The position numbers and the translations under genes were made by a program. DNA of 63,454 nt, the filler included. It is 5 parts of 5 records of this genome, joined end to end, with 100 filler letters (N's around TTAATTAATTAA, not from the genome) between each part and the next. Parts side by side here need not be neighbours in the genome. Positions count along the whole stretch, not along the records: positions 34,707 to 51,328 come from SRR20825019_312; 4 more parts are not named here. The stretch is one strand, 5' to 3'. Positions 39,286 through 49,607 of this stretch are shown here, piece by piece. The notes beneath the pieces are model-generated. The model ran no database searches. It was not told the origin of the DNA and saw only the letters and a program-made list of their open reading frames with translations. Positions within the stretch are counted from its first letter, which is position 1. Each line of letters begins with the position of its first letter.

Positions 39286-40998
39286 ATGAAATTCTTTCAC
39301 AAAAAGATCTTCGTATCTTGCGCTACCCTTTTGTTTGCTTTTATGCACTTCACTTCATTAGCTTGTAGTCCATGCGGTGCACTACAAAATGTTACACAAA
39401 CTATTGTTGGAACAAATCTTGAACTGACTTTTACAAGTAACGCTGGTTGGGAATGTTGCTACAATGTACAAATCGAAATTGTTTGTTCAAATCAAGCCTT
39501 TACTGGCACACCAAACTACCTTTCGTCTCAAATTTGTCTTGGCGGAGGAAGTGGTCCATCTACAACAACGACTCAAACAATGCCTTACCCGACTACGGTA
39601 ATTGACCTTTCTACATTTTGCCCAGGAACATACCAATGGAGAGCATGGGAAATACCTTGCTACATCTACACACCTACACAAACCTTTACAGTAGGAACAG
39701 CAAGTCCGCTTTCATTGGCGTTAAGTCAAACAGAAGACACTATTTGTTTAAATGACAACTCACAATTCTCAGCGATTGCATCAAATGGTTGTGGAAATGG
39801 AACATATAGCTATTCTTGGTCGCCAGCGGCTGGGCTAAACAGCACTTCAATTTCTAATCCAATTGCAACACCATCTGTAACGACAACTTATTATGTTACT
39901 GTATCAGAACCAACTACTTGTTCCGCTCCAAAAATGGACAGTTTAACGGTTGTTGTTAATCCATTGCCAACAGCGACCATTTCGGGAACTGCAGCACTCT
40001 GTGAAAACGATCCCGTCGGGCAAATAACATTTACTGGAGGAAGCGCCACCGCGCCATATACCATCAATTATTTAATGGATGGTACTCCACAAACAGCGGT
40101 CGTCACCACGGGAAATACGGCAACCATTAACGGCCCGAACTCCCCTCCTGGCACATACACCTACACACTTGTAGATGTCACCGATGCGAGTTCAACCTTG
40201 TGTTCTCAAACCCAAGCGGGTACTGCCACAATCACCGTGAATCCACTTCCGATCGTCTCAGCAGGACCAGATCAAGAATTATGTGAACCAAACAACACTT
40301 CGCCTTCAGAAATAACACTTTCAGGCTCAGGTGCATCAACATACACATGGACTGGTGGTGCAATTAACGGGGTTCCATTTGTTCCACCGGCAAGCACAAC
40401 AACAATTTATACAGTAACAGGAACAGATGCAAATGGCTGTATTGGAACCGATCAAGTTTCCATAGCTTCTTATCCTCTACCTATTGCGATTGGCTCCGTT
40501 TCTCCTTTATTTGGAAACGCACCGCTCGATGTTGACTTCTTGAATTTTAGTCTTCTTGCGAATAGTTACATCTGGGATTTCGGAAATGGAAACTCACTTC
40601 CCGTGAGTGGACTGAACGATGTTGCGTACACATATACCACTGCTGGAACGTTCACTGTAACCCTTCTTGCTTCAAACGGAATTTGCTATGATACTTGGGA
40701 CACGGTTGTAATCGTTCTTCCACCGATGATCGTAACACCACCAAACGTATTTACTCCAAATCAAGATGGAACGAATGATGAGTTCTTTGTAAACGTAGAT
40801 TTTGGTGAGCAATTTACCGCAGTGATCATTAATCGTTGGGGCAATGTAATGGCTGAACTCGACGGAATCGACGACGGTTGGGATGGAAAAGTAAAAGGAA
40901 AAGATGCTGAGGAAGGTGTCTATTTCGTTAAGTATGTCGCAACGGATTTCGGAGGAAGACAAATTGAAGGACACACGTACTTCACCCTGATTCGATAG
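39286..40998 (+). CDS. Ig/PKD-repeat surface protein with gliding-motility-associated (T9SS type B) C-terminal domain
   Basis: Signal peptide, YSYSWSP, VVNPLP linkers, YIWDFGNG PKD, PNVFTPNQDGTNDEF, NRWG, GWDG, GVYF, FTLIR. Confidence 0.88.
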   Translation: MKFFHKKIFVSCATLLFAFMHFTSLACSPCGALQNVTQTIVGTNLELTFTSNAGWECCYNVQIEIVCSNQAFTGTPNYLSSQICLGGGSGPSTTTTQTMPYPTTVIDLSTFCPGTYQWRAWEIPCYIYTPTQTFTVGTASPLSLALSQTEDTICLNDNSQFSAIASNGCGNGTYSYSWSPAAGLNSTSISNPIATPSVTTTYYVTVSEPTTCSAPKMDSLTVVVNPLPTATISGTAALCENDPVGQITFTGGSATAPYTINYLMDGTPQTAVVTTGNTATINGPNSPPGTYTYTLVDVTDASSTLCSQTQAGTATITVNPLPIVSAGPDQELCEPNNTSPSEITLSGSGASTYTWTGGAINGVPFVPPASTTTIYTVTGTDANGCIGTDQVSIASYPLPIAIGSVSPLFGNAPLDVDFLNFSLLANSYIWDFGNGNSLPVSGLNDVAYTYTTAGTFTVTLLASNGICYDTWDTVVIVLPPMIVTPPNVFTPNQDGTNDEFFVNVDFGEQFTAVIINRWGNVMAELDGIDDGWDGKVKGKDAEEGVYFVKYVATDFGGRQIEGHTYFTLIR

Positions 40999-41011
40999 TT
41001 CTTGAGGTGAA

Positions 41012-42115
41012 TTAATTCTTGAGCGATCTATCTTTCCACTTGGGAGAATAGAACGCAATTAGAATGATCATTACAAGAAAATAGAGCGGAAATAAGACTT
41101 CGTACAGTGGTAAAAAAAGCATCGTTGATTGTCGACCTATTCTCCTGAAATAAGGAAAATAAGAAAGAAGATCGATGGTCAATTTGGCTACGAAGAGTCC
41201 TACAAGAACAGTCCAATAACCTTGAGTTATACATGCGATCAATAGTGCAATAAAAAAAGCTGAAAGCACAAACTGAAGGATTGCAAGCGAATTTGCAAGC
41301 GCATCTTTCATGTCACCGCTTTTCCCTGCCCAGCGCACACGTTGGTCGAAAAATTCTTTGATAGACTGCGGAGTTTCCGTTGAAATTCCGTGGTCTTTTC
41401 CAGAAACAACTCGGATGTTCTTGTTCCCTTTTCGGAAATCACGCAAGAGATATGTATCGTCGCCGCTCGCCATGTGCTGATGAGACACATAGTTATCTGC
41501 TTCGTAAAAGCTTTCCCGTTTGTACAATAAATTTGCGCCGCTTGCGAAAATCGGTCGCTTCCACCCTGCGATGGCTACGTTCAATGCGTTCACCAAAATG
41601 GTATCGATTTCAAATAATCGCTGATACGCCGATTCTGCCTTTAAGATTGCGGGAAGTACATACATGTCGGCTTCGTCCAATTGTGAAAGGTTTTCGAAAT
41701 AATTCGGCGCGAAACTCACATCTGCATCCATTGTGAGAATGTAGTTTGAATCGGTTTGCTCGATTCCGAATCTCAACGCTTCTTTTTTTCCCATTCTTCC
41801 AGACGGCAATGACAAAACTCGAATTCCCACGTGAGCCAATTCCTTCAATAAAAGTTCCGATGTATTGTCCGAAGAATGATCATCAACGAAAACAATTTCA
41901 GCAGGCAGTAGAGACGAATGTTGGATGGATGAAATGAACCCAGAAATCCGATTCGCTTCGTTTCTAAAAGGAATGATCACCACTAATTCTTTCAAATTGA
42001 GCGCATTTTTTACGGGCTTTCGTTCTTTTTCAACGCTGCGGTAAAAACCAAAAAAGATCAATCCGAGGGTGATTAATCCATAAATCATAATAAACACGCT
42101 TGCTAATAAGGTCAT
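41012..42115 (-). CDS. Family 2 glycosyltransferase, membrane-bound
   Basis: IIPFRNE, VDDHSSD, GKKEAL, TMDAD, SGDD, QRVRW. Confidence 0.9.
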   Translation of the reverse strand: MTLLASVFIMIYGLITLGLIFFGFYRSVEKERKPVKNALNLKELVVIIPFRNEANRISGFISSIQHSSLLPAEIVFVDDHSSDNTSELLLKELAHVGIRVLSLPSGRMGKKEALRFGIEQTDSNYILTMDADVSFAPNYFENLSQLDEADMYVLPAILKAESAYQRLFEIDTILVNALNVAIAGWKRPIFASGANLLYKRESFYEADNYVSHQHMASGDDTYLLRDFRKGNKNIRVVSGKDHGISTETPQSIKEFFDQRVRWAGKSGDMKDALANSLAILQFVLSAFFIALLIACITQGYWTVLVGLFVAKLTIDLLSYFPYFRRIGRQSTMLFLPLYEVLFPLYFLVMIILIAFYSPKWKDRSLKN

Positions 42116-43035
42116 GGCGTTGGTTTCTTACAAATAATGAGTCCAACAATGGCTGGCAACAATGAATTGGTTGCCCAAATAATCAGCGATGAAATCACAA
42201 TGGAAAATTCATTGAAACCTATCGCTCCAAGTACGCTCACCGCAATCAACTCCTTCACTCCCAATTTCCCTAAGACGAGAGACGGAAAAATCATGGTGAT
42301 CAAGTACACTTGCCAAATCGCCAAAATTGTATGAAAACTCAATTCTTCGCCAAATGCGTGCAAAACAAGTGCATACTGAGATGTAAAAACAATAAATCGG
42401 GCAAACGCGAGCATTAAGATTTTCCAACGAAACCAACGATTTTTGTGAAGCATCAGTTTTAAATCCTTCGCAAATGGTTTTTTCCAAACCTTGATCACTA
42501 GATATTCGGCATAGAAATAAACCAAAATCGCTAGCAAAATGGCTATTCCAACCGAAATCGTAATTAAATCGCTTTCTCCGACACCGAAAATCTTCCCAAC
42601 AATCACCAACGACAACCACCCGAAGAAAAAACTCGCCATAAACTGTCCGAAATTGGCAAACATCGTAAGCGAAGTAATCAATCCACGTTTGGAAGATTCA
42701 AAATAATAAAATCGTCCGATGAAATTCCCAAGCATATTTGGCGTGAGCAATCCTGTAACAATTCCCGCAAAAAAAGAATGTGTAGACGTTCTTCGATCTG
42801 TCACAATTGGAATAGTCTTGAGCGTAAGACTCCATTTCGCGTATGCCAAGCCAATATTTAATCCCACGAGTGCTACACCTAAGGCGAGTGAAATGGGAGA
42901 GCTAACTCGCACTTCACGCCAATCTGAAACTTCCACACCGCTGAGTTGCCGATAAAGCAAATAAATGACTCCGATAAATAGAATCAGCTTAATGAAGAGG
43001 AATAAATTCCTTCGAATTTTCTTAGTTTTAGCCAA
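42112..43035 (-). CDS. Lysylphosphatidylglycerol-synthase-TM / flippase-like membrane protein
   Basis: Polytopic; KW..., GLLTPNMLGNFIGR, LGVKE. Confidence 0.7.
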   Translation of the reverse strand: MAKTKKIRRNLFLFIKLILFIGVIYLLYRQLSGVEVSDWREVRVSSPISLALGVALVGLNIGLAYAKWSLTLKTIPIVTDRRTSTHSFFAGIVTGLLTPNMLGNFIGRFYYFESSKRGLITSLTMFANFGQFMASFFFGWLSLVIVGKIFGVGESDLITISVGIAILLAILVYFYAEYLVIKVWKKPFAKDLKLMLHKNRWFRWKILMLAFARFIVFTSQYALVLHAFGEELSFHTILAIWQVYLITMIFPSLVLGKLGVKELIAVSVLGAIGFNEFSIVISSLIIWATNSLLPAIVGLIICKKPTP

Positions 43036-43045
43036 AGAAGCTGTT

Positions 43046-43612
43046 TTGATAGTTGAAGATAAAATAATTCTAGGAATTGACCCCGGTACAACTGTAATGG
43101 GGTACGGATTAATTCATGTGAAAGGCAAGAAGGTCGAGATGTTGACCTTTGGAGTCATCCAATTGAGTAAGCTTCCAACGCACCCAGATAAACTCAAACG
43201 CATTTTCGATCGCGTGGATGGAATCATTAAAGAATTTAAGCCTGACGAAATGGCGATTGAAGCTCCGTTTTTCGGGAAAAATGTTCAATCGATGTTAAAA
43301 TTAGGTCGTGCACAAGGCGTTTCCATAGCCGCGGCTCTCTTACATAATATTCCTTTCGAAGAGTATTCTCCGCGAAGAATCAAACAGGCAATCACGGGAT
43401 CTGGGGCTGCTTCGAAAGAACAGGTCGCAGCGATGCTTCAGCAAATCTTGAAATTCAAAGACATGCCAAAATACTTGGATGCAACGGATGGACTCGCAGT
43501 TGCTCTTTGTCACCACTATTCAAAAGGTGTTGGTGAACACAATAAGGCAAGTTCTTCCAATTGGGGATCCTTTATTAAAAACAATCCCGATAGAAATATT
43601 TCAAAAAAATAA
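43046..43612 (+). CDS. ruvC: Crossover junction endodeoxyribonuclease RuvC
   Basis: ILGIDPG, AIEAPFFGKN, KLGRAQG, GAASKEQV, DATDGLAVA; probable TTG start at 43046. Confidence 0.95.
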   Translation: MIVEDKIILGIDPGTTVMGYGLIHVKGKKVEMLTFGVIQLSKLPTHPDKLKRIFDRVDGIIKEFKPDEMAIEAPFFGKNVQSMLKLGRAQGVSIAAALLHNIPFEEYSPRRIKQAITGSGAASKEQVAAMLQQILKFKDMPKYLDATDGLAVALCHHYSKGVGEHNKASSSNWGSFIKNNPDRNISKK

Positions 43613-43618
43613 TCCATT

Positions 43619-45199
43619 ATGCGCTTACACCTGCTTTCTTTGTTGATCTCCTTGCTGATTTCCTTTGTTGGCTTTTCACAAGATCAACTTGATCTAATTG
43701 ATGTTCAATGCTACCGCGTTCAACTTATTGTCAATGACAATTCTGATTCCATTTCGGTTTCGGAGGCCGTTGAAATAACACTTTTAAAAGACTGCTCTTC
43801 GTTTTACCTCGATTTGAAATCAGTTGGAGCGAATGGTAATGGAATGACAATCGATTACAAACGAGGAGTGCGCGAAAATGGAAAACTCGTTCAATCTCAG
43901 CAAACGGGTGACAAATTGTTTATCGAACCGCTGAATGGAAAAAAAGGATCTCAAAATACCTATACCTTTTCATTCACGGGAGTTCCTGACAACGGATTAA
44001 TCATTGGACAAAACAAGTTCGGAAATAGAACATTTTTTGGAGACAACTGGCCAAACCGAGCGCATAATTGGTTTGCATGCATAGATCACCCAGCAGACAA
44101 GGCAACGGTGAGCTTTACAGTTATTGCGCCAAAACAGTACGAATGCATCGCGACAGGTGAACTCAAAGAAGATAAAATGATCAATCAAGATGAGCGAAAA
44201 TTTGTCTTTGAATCAAATATTTCACTCCCAACAAAGGTGATGGTTGTTGGAATTGCCGATTTTGCAGTTCAAGATGTTTCTTCAACCCTACCCTTCCCGA
44301 TTTCTTCTTGGGTGTATCCAGAAGATTCGATAGCTGGATTTTATGACATGAGTATTGCTCCAAAAATTACCGAATTCTTTGTCTCCAAAATTGGTTCATA
44401 TCCTTATGAAAAACTCGCAAATGTCCAATCCACGACAATGTTTGGAGGAATGGAGAATGCTGGAAACATTTTTTACGATGAGAATGCTGTGAAAGGAAAA
44501 GGCACGATGGAAGCGTTAATTGCTCACGAAATTGCACATCAATGGTTTGGGAATTCAGCGAGTGAAGAAGATTGGGAACATCTTTGGTTGAGCGAAGGTT
44601 TCGCGACCTATTTCACCAACTTGTATTTTGAATCTGCGCATGGAGATAAAGCGTTTAAGGATCGACTTCTTAACGAGCGTAAAAGAGTGGTTGAGTTTCA
44701 TAAAAACTACGACCATCCTGTAATCGATACAACTTACGCAAACTTAATGGTTCTATTGAACGCAAATTCTTATCAAAAAGGATCTTGGTTTTTACACATG
44801 CTTCGAACGAAGGTGTCGAACGAATTGTTTTGGAAAGGCATTCAAACGTATTATGCGAAGTATCAATTCAGCAATGCATCGTCCGATGATTTCAAGCAAG
44901 TTATGGAAGACGTTTCGAGCATGAAACTCGATGATTTCTTCGATCAATGGCTTCGTACATCAGGACATCCGATTCTAAAAACGAAGGTCAAGAAAAAACA
45001 AATTGTCGTTGAACAAACACAAACAACACTGTTTTCATTTCCGCTGGAGGTCCAATACGTTTTTAAAGATGGATCCATTGAAGTAAATGAATTTTCTATT
45101 TCCGACAGAAGTTCAATGTTAAAACCGAGAACAAAGAAAAAAATCAAAAGCATTTCACTCGATCCGAATGTTCGTTTGCTCTTTGAGGAAAATAACTGA
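43619..45199 (+). CDS. M1 family aminopeptidase, secreted
   Basis: Signal peptide, DHPADKA, GGMEN, HEIAHQWFG..WLSEGFATY, YQKG. Confidence 0.93.
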   Translation: MRLHLLSLLISLLISFVGFSQDQLDLIDVQCYRVQLIVNDNSDSISVSEAVEITLLKDCSSFYLDLKSVGANGNGMTIDYKRGVRENGKLVQSQQTGDKLFIEPLNGKKGSQNTYTFSFTGVPDNGLIIGQNKFGNRTFFGDNWPNRAHNWFACIDHPADKATVSFTVIAPKQYECIATGELKEDKMINQDERKFVFESNISLPTKVMVVGIADFAVQDVSSTLPFPISSWVYPEDSIAGFYDMSIAPKITEFFVSKIGSYPYEKLANVQSTTMFGGMENAGNIFYDENAVKGKGTMEALIAHEIAHQWFGNSASEEDWEHLWLSEGFATYFTNLYFESAHGDKAFKDRLLNERKRVVEFHKNYDHPVIDTTYANLMVLLNANSYQKGSWFLHMLRTKVSNELFWKGIQTYYAKYQFSNASSDDFKQVMEDVSSMKLDDFFDQWLRTSGHPILKTKVKKKQIVVEQTQTTLFSFPLEVQYVFKDGSIEVNEFSISDRSSMLKPRTKKKIKSISLDPNVRLLFEENN

Positions 45200-45556
45200 T
45201 TATTTTTTGGTAGTAGATTGAATTTCTCCCAACTCTTTATTCAAACGATCAAGTACTTCTTCGTACATTTCGCTCATTTCTTCTTGACGTGAACCGTAGT
45301 AATCAACCGAAGCTTCAAAGGACTTTCTGTTCTCGTTAAATGATTTCAATAAAGAATCGCCCGAAGAAATCATTAATTTATGGTAGCGACCAGGTTGAAT
45401 GTATTCCGATTGAACATAGGCTTCGAGCTTAGTGAACTCGGTAAGAATGCTCATCATCTTTTCTTTCGGAATCAAATTCTTAGGTTCCTCCAATCGCTCA
45501 ATTTCATTAGAGCAAGAAGCGAACAATACTAAAAAGATGATCCACACACACTTCAT
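45200..45556 (-). CDS. DUF4296-like lipoprotein
   Basis: Lipobox FASC, PKNLIPKEKM, SVDYY, MYEEV. Confidence 0.75.
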   Translation of the reverse strand: MKCVWIIFLVLFASCSNEIERLEEPKNLIPKEKMMSILTEFTKLEAYVQSEYIQPGRYHKLMISSGDSLLKSFNENRKSFEASVDYYGSRQEEMSEMYEEVLDRLNKELGEIQSTTKK

Positions 45557-45559
45557 TCG

Positions 45560-46900
45560 CTAGCGATTAAAGAGAAGTCTACTTCCCAAAGTTCCTTCAA
45601 TAATTTGATCATTCGAATAGACCAAATTTCCATTTACAAACGTCCTAGCAATTCGATTTGAGAACGTTACTCCTTCAAAAGGAGACCAACCGCACTTATA
45701 CAGCAGATTTGATTTCTCCACCGTGAGTTCTTTAACGGGATCAACAATCACCAAATCAGCAAAATATCCTTCGCGAATGAATCCGCGATCCGCAACTGCA
45801 AAAAGAACTGCTGGTGAATGAGCCATTTTCTCAACCACTTTTTCCAAGGTGATTTTTCCTTGTTTCACTTTTTCCAACATTGCTAACAATGCATGTTGAA
45901 CCAACGGCCCGCCAGAAGGTGCGCTAAAATAAGAGTTAGCCTTTTCTTCTAGTGTATGAGGAGCATGATCTGTCGCGATCACGTCAATTCGATTATCTAT
46001 TACTGCTTGCAAAATCGCATCTCGATCAGACGCCTTTTTTACCGCTGGATTCCATTTAATCAACGATCCCTTTGCGGCGTAGTCTTCGTCCGAAAACCAC
46101 AAATGATGCACACACGCTTCGGCTGTAATTTTCTTTTGCTCTAATGGAATAGAGTTATCAAACAATTCGAGTTCTTTTGCCGTTGAAATGTGCAAAATAT
46201 GTAAACGAGTACCGTGTTTCTTTGCTAGTCTAGCTGCCAACGAAGAAGAAAGGTAACACGCTTCTTCACTTCGGATAAGCGGGTGCTGTTCGATGGGAAC
46301 ATTCTCTCCAAATTGTACACGTGCCTTTTCAGTGTTTGCTCTAATTGTTGCCTCGTCCTCGCAGTGCGTAGCTATCAACATTGGAACTTTCGAAAAAAGG
46401 TTGTTCAGTGTCACTTCTTTATCCACCAACATATTTCCTGTGGAAGATCCCATAAAGATCTTGACTCCACACACATTTTGTTCGTTGGTTTTTAAAACCT
46501 CCTCAACATTTTCGTTCGAAGCTCCCATGAAAAACGAGTAATTCGCGAGAGAGCTCTTTTGAGCCAACTGGTATTTATCTTCTAATAATTCTTGCGTCAG
46601 TGCATTTGGAACAGTATTCGGCATTTCCATAAAAGAAGTGATTCCTCCTGCCACTGCAGCTCTCGATTCTGTGAAAAGATTCGCTTTATGTGTTAAACCC
46701 GGTTCGCGAAAATGTACTTGATCGTCAATACATCCCGGAAGGATCAACTTTCCACTAACATCAATTACTTCCGCATTTCCTTCGTGATTAATCGTTGGAG
46801 CGATTTTCTCAATTCGTCCATTTTTGATCAAGATATCTGAAACGAATCGTTTGTTTTCATTAACGATTGTTCCTCCGGTAAGAATTATTGTAGAACTCAT
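45560..46900 (-). CDS. pyrC: Dihydroorotase
   Basis: PGCIDDQVHFREPG, EMPNT, KIFMGSSTG, HCEDE, HIST, KWNP, ATDHAPH; ATGA overlap with the upstream gene. Confidence 0.93.
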   Translation of the reverse strand: MSSTIILTGGTIVNENKRFVSDILIKNGRIEKIAPTINHEGNAEVIDVSGKLILPGCIDDQVHFREPGLTHKANLFTESRAAVAGGITSFMEMPNTVPNALTQELLEDKYQLAQKSSLANYSFFMGASNENVEEVLKTNEQNVCGVKIFMGSSTGNMLVDKEVTLNNLFSKVPMLIATHCEDEATIRANTEKARVQFGENVPIEQHPLIRSEEACYLSSSLAARLAKKHGTRLHILHISTAKELELFDNSIPLEQKKITAEACVHHLWFSDEDYAAKGSLIKWNPAVKKASDRDAILQAVIDNRIDVIATDHAPHTLEEKANSYFSAPSGGPLVQHALLAMLEKVKQGKITLEKVVEKMAHSPAVLFAVADRGFIREGYFADLVIVDPVKELTVEKSNLLYKCGWSPFEGVTFSNRIARTFVNGNLVYSNDQIIEGTLGSRLLFNR

Positions 46901-47610
46901 AATTTCATTTTGCGCATCTTCCAAACACCGAAAAATGCTTCTTTAAAAATGCCTGTACTCATTTTCGAAACCCCAAATTCTCGATCTACAAAGGTGATCG
47001 GAACTTCTGTGATTTTAAATCCGTGTTTTTTTGCGGCATATTTCATACAAATCTGAAATGCGTATCCTTTAAAGGTTACACCATCCAAATTAATAGCTTC
47101 CAATACTTTCTTTCGGTAACATTTGAATCCCGCCGTTGTGTCCTTTATTCCGATCCATAATATTAATCGTACATAAACACTTGCAAAATAAGACATCAAC
47201 ACACGTTTTAGTGGCCAATTGCTTACTTTTCCACCTTTCGTGTAACGCGAGCCTATGCTTAAATCGGCACCGTTATCGTGACAAGCTTCGTACAAACGGA
47301 TTAAATCATCGGGATTGTGAGAAAAATCACAGTCCATTTCAAAGATATACTCGTAATCGCTTTTAATCGACCACTTAAACCCGTGAATGTAGGCAGTACC
47401 TAATCCCAATTTCCCTTGTCTTTCTTCGAGGTGAATTCTCCCAGGAAACTCTTCCTGAAGTGACCTGATTTTATCAGCAGTGCCATCAGGAGAAGCATCA
47501 TCGATGTACAAAAGATGAAAATCCTTTTTCAGATTCATCACCGTTCGAGTCATCTTTTCGACGTTCTCAATCTCATTATAAGTTGGTATAATTACTATAG
47601 AATCTGACAC
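46897..47610 (-). CDS. Polyprenol monophosphomannose synthase (DPM1-like GT2)
   Basis: IIPTYNE, DDASPDGT, GLGTAY, EMDCDFSH, GSRY, DTTAGFKCY. Confidence 0.92.
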   Translation of the reverse strand: MSDSIVIIPTYNEIENVEKMTRTVMNLKKDFHLLYIDDASPDGTADKIRSLQEEFPGRIHLEERQGKLGLGTAYIHGFKWSIKSDYEYIFEMDCDFSHNPDDLIRLYEACHDNGADLSIGSRYTKGGKVSNWPLKRVLMSYFASVYVRLILWIGIKDTTAGFKCYRKKVLEAINLDGVTFKGYAFQICMKYAAKKHGFKITEVPITFVDREFGVSKMSTGIFKEAFFGVWKMRKMKL

Positions 47611-47719
47611 TCAATTTGCTTAAAGACGACTAAAATAAGTAATAATAACATATCACACCTTCCCGCCACTAAATTGGAGTACTTCTTTTATCTTTACATT
47701 AACAAAATTTAGTGGATTC

Positions 47720-49099
47720 ATGCTTCGACATCTGATCATTCTTTTTATCTCGTTCAATGCTGTTGCCCAATCCTCGTTGAATACAACTTTATTGGATCAT
47801 TGGCAGGACAACACACTTGTTTCAAACACATCACTCGTGCGCTACAACGAATGCGAAGGATTTGTTTGGAACGGACAGGAATATGGAATCGTTGGATCTA
47901 CCGAAGGGACGCACTTTTTTAAATTAGGAAAGGATAATAAATTAAATCAAATCGATTTTGTTCGAGGCGATTTCTCGAGTCCGTTTGTTGTTCACCGTGA
48001 TTTTGCCATCTATAAAAATTATGTTTACTCCGTGTGTGATGAGGGCGAAAGTAGTTTACAAATCATCGACATCAGTTATTTACCGGACTCTGTTCACCTA
48101 GTGACAAGTTTTCCAAATGAGTTTGCGCGGGTTCACAATATTTTCATTGATACAACGAATGCTCTACTCTATTCTTGTACAATAGCGAAAAAAGTAGGGA
48201 GTAGCGTTCTTCTGCCCAAATCGATGGAAGTTCATTCTTTAACGAACCCACTCAATCCACAATGGATGTTTTCAGGACCTACGGATATCAACGAAGTACA
48301 TGACGCTTTCGTGAAAGATAACATCGCGTTTCTAAATTGCGGGGTTGATGGTTTAAGAGTGTATGACTTCACCAATCCTTCAACGCCTACTTTCCTTCAG
48401 AATCTACAGTTTTATCAAGATCAAGGATACAATCACCAAGGTTGGCTTTCTCCAGATGGAACAACCTATGTTTTCGGCGATGAAACTTCAGGAAAGCGAT
48501 TAAAGAAATGCAGTGTCAACAATAATGAAGTTCAAATCTCGGCCCTTTTTGGTACAAATTTTTTAGATGAAAGCGTTCCACATAATATTTATCTCACCAA
48601 TGAATTTGCGTATGTCGCTTATTACAACGAAGGGTTGCGCATTTATGATATCCGAGGAAACGGAGTTAAAGAAGTTGCTCACTACGATACTTATCCAAAA
48701 GAAGGCGAACCTTTTAAAATGAAAGGTGCTTGGGGAGTTCATAAACTTCCATTATCCTCACGGATTTTAGTTTCAGACAGAGTTTACGGTGCTTTTTTGA
48801 TTGATTTCAACGAAGAAGTTTTCTTGAATTCGAGCGACAAGCCTTTAATTCTCTTTCCAAACCCATTAGAAACGGGAAGTGTGATCACTGTAAAACTTTC
48901 GGATGAAGAGATTAAGGCCTTCACCTTAGACATTGTAGACGCCTCTGGAAGAATCCTTTTTACTGAAGATGTGGTTGGTCAAAATTATTTTGAAGTTAGA
49001 AATACGGCTATTTCGGCTGGAGCCTACACTGTTCGCGTAAAATATCCAAACAAACTAGGCGATCAAGTGGTGTTGTTTGAACGATTGGTTGTCTATTAA
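47720..49099 (+). CDS. Choice-of-anchor B / LVIVD-repeat beta-propeller protein with T9SS CTD
   Basis: LQIIDIS, VHNIFID, YNHQGWL, FGDE, AYYNEGLRIYD, GAWGV, then LFPNP...AGAY. Confidence 0.8.
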   Translation: MLRHLIILFISFNAVAQSSLNTTLLDHWQDNTLVSNTSLVRYNECEGFVWNGQEYGIVGSTEGTHFFKLGKDNKLNQIDFVRGDFSSPFVVHRDFAIYKNYVYSVCDEGESSLQIIDISYLPDSVHLVTSFPNEFARVHNIFIDTTNALLYSCTIAKKVGSSVLLPKSMEVHSLTNPLNPQWMFSGPTDINEVHDAFVKDNIAFLNCGVDGLRVYDFTNPSTPTFLQNLQFYQDQGYNHQGWLSPDGTTYVFGDETSGKRLKKCSVNNNEVQISALFGTNFLDESVPHNIYLTNEFAYVAYYNEGLRIYDIRGNGVKEVAHYDTYPKEGEPFKMKGAWGVHKLPLSSRILVSDRVYGAFLIDFNEEVFLNSSDKPLILFPNPLETGSVITVKLSDEEIKAFTLDIVDASGRILFTEDVVGQNYFEVRNTAISAGAYTVRVKYPNKLGDQVVLFERLVVY

Positions 49100-49113
49100 T
49101 CAGAATTCGTTTC

Positions 49114-49605
49114 TCAATTTTCCTTATTCTCTTTTTCTACCTGATCGACTGCATCTCGAATCAAATCAGATTCATATCCTTTGGAATTCAAAAAGCGAAT
49201 CATTTTTGCCTTTCGTTTAAATGCATCTGTTTCACGCTCGGTGAGTAACCATTTTCGCTCGGTAAGATGAAGAAGATTCTTCCAATACTCATCCAAATCA
49301 ATTGATTCTAGTCCTTTTCGAATTGAATACTGCGAAATATGTCGTTGCTTGAGTTCTTGTTTGATTTTAATTCTCCCCCATCGTTTGATGCGGACTTTAC
49401 CAGAAACGAATGCTTCGGCAAAGCGTTGTTCATTGAGAAAGTTGTTTGTGATAAGATCAGCGAGAAGGCGATCTTGATCTTCGGAATCCATTTTCCAAGA
49501 GATCATTTTTCTTCGAAGCTCAAATGAGCATCTTTCTTGATAAGCACAAAGCGCTTCTAACTTCGCTTTTGCCTCAAGTAGAGAGTATTTGCACTCTGAC
49601 TTCAT
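49114..49605 (-). CDS. recX: Regulatory protein RecX
   Basis: CAYQERC, FLNEQRFAEAF, KRWGRIKIKQEL, FLNSKGYE. Confidence 0.92.
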   Translation of the reverse strand: MKSECKYSLLEAKAKLEALCAYQERCSFELRRKMISWKMDSEDQDRLLADLITNNFLNEQRFAEAFVSGKVRIKRWGRIKIKQELKQRHISQYSIRKGLESIDLDEYWKNLLHLTERKWLLTERETDAFKRKAKMIRFLNSKGYESDLIRDAVDQVEKENKEN

Positions 49606-49607
49606 CG

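Noticed and set aside
43046..43612. RuvC as a Cas/TnpB-type nuclease
   Set aside because: Its size and motifs match the stand-alone Holliday junction resolvase, and no array or IS ends are nearby.
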